Shown one piece after another: positions 55,760 through 64,000 of a stretch of 64,000 nucleotides of DNA. A program made the position numbers and the translations under genes. The DNA is from Eledone cirrhosa (Eukaryota): positions 264,058,001-264,122,000 of the forward strand of contig OZ024742.1 in NCBI GenBank assembly GCA_964016885.1. Reading direction: 5' to 3'. Each line of letters begins with the position of its first letter. Within the stretch, counting starts at the first letter, position 1. A model generated the notes under the pieces. It saw only the letters and a program-made list of their open reading frames with translations, was not told where the DNA came from and made no database searches.

Positions 55760-58700
55760 TTCGCTCCTTCGTTCCTCAGAGCACGTGTTCTACTTCTGAC
55801 AATACAACTTTCATGTTTCACGTTGAAGAACTGGCCTAGTGCCGTTCTCACCGCTAGCATGTTAGCTGTACTGCCACTCCGAAGTGCCTCTTCTACTTTG
55901 GCTACCAATTCCTTTTCTGTATTGTTCTTCTGTAAAGCCCCTTCCTTGCTAAAGGTATTGATTTTACTCTAATTGTTCTCTTGAAAGAGCACCACCACCT
56001 GTTGTTAACGATGGACCCCGCCCACTGGCGTTTAATTAAAATGCTAATCCGATTACTGTAAGCTTTACGCATCGGGAACGACATGCTTAGCTTCCAGTAT
56101 CCGGGTTCCTCTTTATGTGTAATATCAAGGTTGACTATGCAGGGCACTAATTTGTGGTCTGAATAGGCAACCATGTGCATTTATGGGCAGCTTAATGTTT
56201 TCCTATCGTTTTGTCTAATTAACAATCTATCTAAATACGATCTAGAAGACTCAGTGCGGTTGCTCCAAGTCCACTGTAGTGTACTTGGGAAATATAGTCG
56301 ATATCTATCAGCCAGTTGGAATTGGCTGATAAGATTTTTGAGGCTATTACATCCCCCTCTACTATAACATGCCCTTACATAGTCCCAACGGGCGTCCAAG
56401 ATACCATTCCAGTCCCACCGCTAACAGTAAAGAGCGAGACGTTCTCAGGAAAGACTCTAGGCGCTTAAAGAACTCCGGTCTTGATGTCCCAGTCGACACC
56501 TAGACGGCCACCAGTCTGAAAGTTCCACTTTCACTAACATTCACGTCTAGTACCACCAACTTGCCCTCCGGCTCCAAGAAGATTGTCTGTATTTTGAGGT
56601 CCAGGTTTTCCGAAACAGTACAGTAACTCACCCTCCACCTCCCGGCTGACAAAGAGATGCATAGATCTCGAAGTCGTCGAGTATGGAGGTTAACTGATGT
56701 TTGTCGTGAATCCTGGACTCGCTGACGGCGAGTGTGGCCTGAGGTCATTTAAAAGGTGACCCTGTTCCCAGGGCATCCCCAGGACACGCACATTCAGACA
56801 TCTTACTCGTAAATTTGCCATGTCGGTTGAAAAAGAGTTGGCAGAGAAAAAGGAACATTTACCTTTTTGTTTCTGGAGGTCGGGTTGCTCGATCTCTATG
56901 TCCAGATTGGGCGTGCTTTGGAAGGGAGGGAATCTTTTTATCAAGACACGCTTAAGGGTTTTTTGACAGGGGGAGGGGGGCACATCATGTGGGAAGTTCT
57001 GTCTCATGGTTTCGTATTGTAGGGTTGTGACCCTGATTAATTTCAGGTTTGTGGGCGGGTCGTTGTTTGGGAACGTTTTTCCCTACTGTTTGGATGGTAG
57101 GGCTCTTTCGGATAGTTTCTAATAGTTTTCTATTCGTGGTTCTTATGTATGTGTAGTGCGTTCTTTTTTTCATGTGTGCTGTTTCTATTTGTAGCTTTCT
57201 TTTTGTGGTTGGGATTTGTGATTGTGGTGGTGTGGGTGTTTGTTTTGTTGGTGAAGTGTTTGGCTGTGGTGATTGTGTTATTGGTGTGGTTGTCATTGGT
57301 GGCGGTGTGTTAATCTCGGTGTTGGGTGTGTGTGTTTCCTGTGTTTTCTGTGCTTTTGTATTTTTCTGTGTCTTTTTGGTTTCTTGAATTTTTGGGGTTT
57401 CTCTTTATCCTCACCTGGAGATGTAGGGGTTCCCGCGTCTGAGACGTCTGAATCAGGGATAGATGGGAGGAGTATGTTGTGCGGTGGAATGTTTGTGCAG
57501 GTGTTTGAGGAAGTATTTGACAGAGATGGAGGAGGCAAGGGAAGGTTTTTCCGTAGGGTTTTGTGTGCATTGTTGTCTTTGGTCTGTAGTGGTGGTGGAA
57601 TGGATGTTTATTTGTATTGTTGTGTTTAGTTTCGGGTGTTGTTGTTGGGATTTTGGTGTTGGAAGTAGCACCTTCTTTGCTCTTGGTTTGTTTAAGAGTG
57701 TGCAAAAGGCCTTTAAGTGCGTGCTTTTTCCACATTTATGGCACGGAGGTTTTTCCCCCTCTACTAAAACAGAGATGACATCATCCTCAAGGGTGATCCT
57801 ATTCTGGATTTTCTTAACTCTCTCTGGCCTCATTTGTACCAGAACCTCGATGCAGGTTCCAAACCAATTATTTCGGTGTGTCCTATCTACAGATAGGAGG
57901 GTGTCCTCACCCTTCTTCAGGATGCAGCGTAAGATCCACCATATGCTGACCTCTGCTGGGACTTTTGTTATCTTTATTTTATAGGTTCTTCTTCCCATGT
58001 AATTGCCGTTTTTATTGGGTGAACCGAGTGCTCTTAAAGAGCATTGATATACTCCCATATTGTTTGGATCTCTGGAGGTATACCACGTCTAGCATGATGT
58101 CTTTCAACGCAGACTCAATTGTACTTGTTGGAAGTGTCAGGGTGTTTTTGTATTTATATCAACTGTTCTGTAGATCAGACTTTTCTCTGTGCCATCTCTC
58201 GTATTTGTGGGGGGTATGTGTATGTGTGGGGTGTCTCCCTCAAACGTTACATAGCTGGAATCTTCTTCCAAATATCGGGAATTGTGTGAAATATCGATAG
58301 CATAATACTGAAGTTCATGTTGCTTACCAACGGTTGCTGCAAAAGAAATGTTTTTATTGCTGTTGTTGTTGGTGATGTTCTCATACATTGTGCTGTTGTT
58401 GATTCCTTTTATTGTATTGTTGTTGTTCGCATTCATTGTGTTGTTGCTGTTGTTGATGGTGGTGGTTGTGTTGTTTTTGTTGATTTTTGTTACACATTCT
58501 TCCAAGTGTTCACCACCTCCGCTCGACATTTTAAGGAGAGTCTACACTCAGCCCACTTCTGGCTGAGTGCAAACACCTTCGCCGTGACCTCGTTCCAATT
58601 TTTGTCCACCTGGAGGTCTGGACCAAATCAGACACCGAGCAATTTCACCGGTCCTTCCGTCCAGCGTCCTACGACGCTGTCGAACATCATAGGTTTGCCT

Positions 58701-58887
58701 CTCCATGTACCGAGTTGCGAACCGACAGACGTGTTCGGGATTAGTCTTCCTCCTGTCAACGTTTCGTATTCTTGTAATAAGTTGCCGATTACCCCGCTTT
58801 CTGATGTTTTCGACACCATTACGGTCACATCGTCGGCATAAGCCGACGCTGCTTTTTGCAGTCCTGGTTCAATCGGGATGCCCTGCA
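55760..58887 (-). mobile_element. Older Tx1/L1-clade LINE (ORF1 + APE), preceded by an RT fragment at 58530-58887
   Basis: CHKCGKSTHLKAFC knuckle, SRSYLDR, SDH, PGYWK, and AYADDVTV..GPVKLLGV upstream of ORF1. Confidence 0.85.
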
Positions 58888-58946
<59 letters not shown>

Positions 58947-59614
58947 TATAGATACATAGATAGATAGATAAACATACGTAGAGTATATTCTTTATATAGA
59001 AAAAATCAAATTATGAAGGCTTCAGTGATATTCATTGTGACAAATGTTAATGAAAAATATGATAAATTTTATACTTAATTACGTGCAATAATGTACGTCA
59101 CTAAGAATTGAAATCCAGCATGTTCAGTGGGGAATATATAAATAATATATTATTTAATTTGATGTTTATATGTATTTTCTTTCGTAGATTTTTTCCCCCT
59201 GATATCTCCTTTTTATCTTAAAGACCAAAACTTTAGATGACAATTACTGAAGACAGGGTTGAAAGAAGAATCCATAATAACATAAACTAACCTTATCTTG
59301 CTTCAGAGATTTTATTGTAAGGATAAGAAAAGAATCTGGCAGTTGCTTCGTTTGTAATTTGTTTCTGATTTTCATTGTTATATCACAACACTACACGCGC
59401 ACGCGCGTATATACAGGCATTTTAAAAAGAAAATTCGGTTTGTTTCCTTTTTACTACAGTTTGTTTGTTCCTTTTTACAATTCACAATTCTTTGTAACCA
59501 ATAATATTTTAATACAGCAAGATTATATGAACATACATACATACACACATATATATATATATGAGTATATATATGTATGATTGTATGTATGCAAGTACTT
59601 ATGTATACTAATTG

Positions 59615-59675
<61 letters not shown>

Positions 59676-59693
59676 GCCCCCCACACACGCCCC

Positions 59694-59752
<59 letters not shown>

Positions 59753-60122
59753 TATACACGTACATATGTATATTGATATATGTATCTGTACATAAATGCA
59801 TACATACTTACATATCTACATACATAACATACACATACATATCCATATATGACTAAAAGCTACGATGAAAAAAAAAGAAAAACATAATCGGTTCAGATTT
59901 GTTCTTGGTTAGTTTTCAATATTGTTTTTATGTAGTTTGTTATATTTTATTATTTTCTTGCTGTTATCGTCTTCTGTTGCAAAGGAGCCAGCCATCCAAT
60001 GTGTCGATGGAAATATAAGCTAAGCCAATTACACACAGGTACACAGACACACACACATACACACACATATATATATGTGTGTGTATGCATGAATGCATAT
60101 GTGCATGTATGTGTAATACATC

Positions 60123-60224
<102 letters not shown>

Positions 60225-60246
60225 TGTATATATAAATAAATAAATA

Positions 60247-60316
<70 letters not shown>

Positions 60317-60501
60317 CGTGTGTGTATTATATATGTATATAATTGTTTCTACTTTAGGCACAAGGCCAGCAATTACCAAGTACATTACTGGTACTTTATT
60401 TTATCGACCCCGTAAGGATGAAAGGAAAAGTTACCCTCGGCGGGATTTGAACTCAGACTGTAAATATAATACATGTATATAATGCATGTATGTATATATT
60501 C

Positions 60502-60557
<56 letters not shown>

Positions 60558-60639
60558 ATTATATATGTATAATAAATGTGTATATATACATATATATAAA
60601 TATATAAATATATATATAACCAGGAATGGTTATATATAT

Positions 60640-60996
60640 ATCTGACCAGGAATGCTTTTTGTGAAAATCAGTCATATGGAACTATTGTCATCTTGCCTGA
60701 CGGTTTGAACTTTACAACACCACCTGCCTCTTTGAGGTCAAATACCAACCCTACTAGCATCTACAAACTGACCAATGAGAATCAAGACTATTCCTGCTGA
60801 CAACATTAAATTATTCCTAGTAAACTCATATGTACCAAGGCTCTGATACCATCAACACTATAAACACAGAGCTGGCATATCTAAGAACTGACTAACTGCC
60901 TGATGAGGTCATAGCCATTCAATGGCTATCATCGAAATATACATAGCAGTAAATAAAGGATTATGAGTTCATGCAATTGACTTATGTTTTGTCACT
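60640..60996 (+). mobile_element. PLE 3' fragment (end of GIY-YIG 'PDGLN', 3' UTR, hammerhead)
   Basis: cctgacggtttgaac encodes PDGLN. Terminus shared with 13651-13773. (TA)n flanks. Confidence 0.8.
60895..60950 (+). ncRNA. Type I hammerhead ribozyme
   Basis: actgc-CTGATGA-ggtcatagccattcaatggctatcatc-GAAA-tataca-TA-gcagt. Confidence 0.88.
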
Positions 60997-61013
60997 AAAT
61001 ATATATATATGTA

Positions 61014-61085
<72 letters not shown>

Positions 61086-61094
61086 TACATATAT

Positions 61095-62052
<958 letters not shown>

Positions 62053-62329
62053 TATATATATATGTATTTATAATGTATGTATGTATATATGTGTGGATAA
62101 GTGTGTATATGTGGGAACGTGTGTGTATGGATATATATGTGTAGGCTATATACATAAAACATTGTTGGCTGCGGAAAACAGGAAGACGTAAAGACACATC
62201 AACAGGTATGGTAAGTTGTGGTTGGGCGAGGGTTGTAGAGGGACAGAACTACATCTGAGATCAACAAAAACATGACATCACAAGCTGCTATTGCATCGTT
62301 AATTATAACTGACATTTATAAATTAGATT

Positions 62330-62343
62330 TGTAGTAGTAGTAC

Positions 62344-62374
<31 letters not shown>

Positions 62375-62433
62375 TGTTGTTGTAGTAGTAGTAGTAGTAG
62401 TAGTAGTTGTTGTTGTAGTAGTAGTAGTAGTAA

Positions 62434-62477
<44 letters not shown>

Positions 62478-62483
62478 GTTGTT

Positions 62484-62527
<44 letters not shown>

Positions 62528-62648
62528 GGTAGTGGTGGTAGTAGTAGTAGTAGTAGTAGTTGTAGTAGTAGTCGTGGTGGTGGTGGTAGTAATAGTAGTA
62601 GTAGTAGTAGTAGTAGTAGTTGTAGTAGTAGTAGTAGTAGTGGTGGTG

Positions 62649-62684
<36 letters not shown>

Positions 62685-62734
62685 GTATCAGCAACAGAGA
62701 GTAAAGATAAGTGATTCTGCTGCTACTGCTGCTG

Positions 62735-62771
<37 letters not shown>

Positions 62772-62864
62772 ACCACTACCACCACCACCATCACCACTAC
62801 TACTACTGCTGCTACTCCTCCTCCTCCTCCTCCTACTACTACTATTACTACTACTTCTACTACT
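62330..62864. repeat. (GTA/GTG/GTT)n array followed by an opposed (CTA/CCA/CCT)n array
   Basis: Directly visible. Confidence 0.9.
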
Positions 62865-63670
62865 AATTGTTTCATTTATTGGCCACAATGGCCGACATAG
62901 AGGGGAGACTACAGTAGACTGGAACAGTGGGGGTTTACATATAAAACGTTTAAAAATATAAATAACAATAACAAAATAACAAGAAAAATACAACAATGAA
63001 AATTCCCCAATAGAGGGGGGGGGGAACCACCCAGGGTTGACTCAGGTATCCCCACGAGTCCTGAACTACACAGTGCTTCGAGGGCACCCGGGAAGAGCAC
63101 CCCATTCCTCCTCAAATTCACCAGCCTACAGGCGCATGGTCAGTGTAGGCCCACTCACAGGGAGCACTCTCGCTACATTCACCCACCTTTCAGCAAATGT
63201 ACTAGGGGCAGTACTTCTCTCTCCGCCCTCACCTTCCTTTCCAAGTGAAACTTCGGATTGGCTGAAGAGAAAAGTGTCTGGCTTCAGTCCTTTCAACCTG
63301 GTCCACCATGCAACCTCTTTTGCTACTGCCACCAGACAGGATATTGTCTGTCCTTCCTGGCCAAAAGAAGGTGGCGGGTCGTTTTCACTGTAGCTGTTGT
63401 TATTGATAGTGCTGTTGGCGAGACTGTCTAATGTTCTGTCGAGGTTCATATTTGTTGTTGAAGGGCGTTATTAGCCTTAACGTTTAAGCCGCTGGTCCCA
63501 CCATGTTTTTTTTTTTGATAATTTAAAAAACAATCAACGTTCAAATATTTGGGTCAACAAGCCCAAATATTGTAAATCTTCCCTTCACAGTGCACAGAAG
63601 GAATTCTTACGACCCCTTTTCAAAAACAATAACACAATAATACAACAATTAATTCTAAAGAAAAGCCTTG
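62865..63670 (-). mobile_element. Internally deleted Tx1 derivative (5' end fused to ORF2 C-terminus + 3' UTR), (TAG)n tail
   Basis: ORF 63126-63449 joins Asn-rich ORF1-like sequence to KEVAWWTRLKGLK..ERWVNVAR. 3' end gccaataaatgaaacaat. Confidence 0.75.
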
Positions 63671-63726
63671 AAAAAGTACTACCTTGCTGAGCTCATAAAA
63701 TACGTCTACTCAATCCCACGACCAAT

Positions 63727-63727
63727 A

Positions 63728-63809
<82 letters not shown>

Positions 63810-63870
63810 GGAGGAGGAGGAGGGAGGGGGAGGGGGAGGAGGATGAGGATGAGGAGGTGGAGGAAGGAGA
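63727..63870. repeat. (ATG)n-(GAG)n microsatellite
   Basis: Directly visible. Confidence 0.95.
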
Positions 63871-64000
63871 CGATTGAATTTATAGACCACAAGGACCTAA
63901 GACATTGGGGATAATGTAAGGACAAAAACAACATAGAGTGGTGTTTACATGAAGCAAAGGAAAGGAGTCATCACTGAAGAGATAACGACAAGAATAACAA

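Noticed and set aside
59290-59395. Possible minus-strand exon ending AAG|gttagt, and a CTGAAGA..GAAA hammerhead-like motif at ~59247
   Set aside because: No recognisable protein, and stems I-III cannot be formed.

Overview
Eukaryotic, AT-rich, microsatellite-rich DNA made almost entirely of nested transposable elements. The SINE families and repeat style resemble an octopus or other cephalopod genome (inference). I could not support any host gene, and most listed ORFs are microsatellite translations. Contents: (i) Penelope-like elements (PLEs): a near-complete Neptune-type element (6354-11211, intact 744-aa RT + GIY-YIG ORF, 114-bp pseudo-LTRs, extra upstream coiled-coil region), a Naiad-type fragment abutting a histone H2B 3' fragment, and two Nematis-type fragments. 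(ii) Short non-coding fold-back elements inserted in (TA)n tracts and carrying type I hammerhead ribozymes, including U3-A8 core variants. (iii) Tx1/L1-clade LINEs (two large copies plus deleted derivatives), R4/Dong-like RLE LINEs, an RTE remnant, and three tandem RTE-derived non-autonomous units whose 5' end shows covarying RNA structure. (iv) tRNA-derived SINEs, two Helitrons, a mariner MITE and hAT remnants. The strongest candidates for an under-described system are the (TA)n-targeted hammerhead fold-back elements with their autonomous PLE partner, and the structured 5' RNA of the RTE-derived units. All alignments and folds were done by eye, so clade names and boundaries are approximate.
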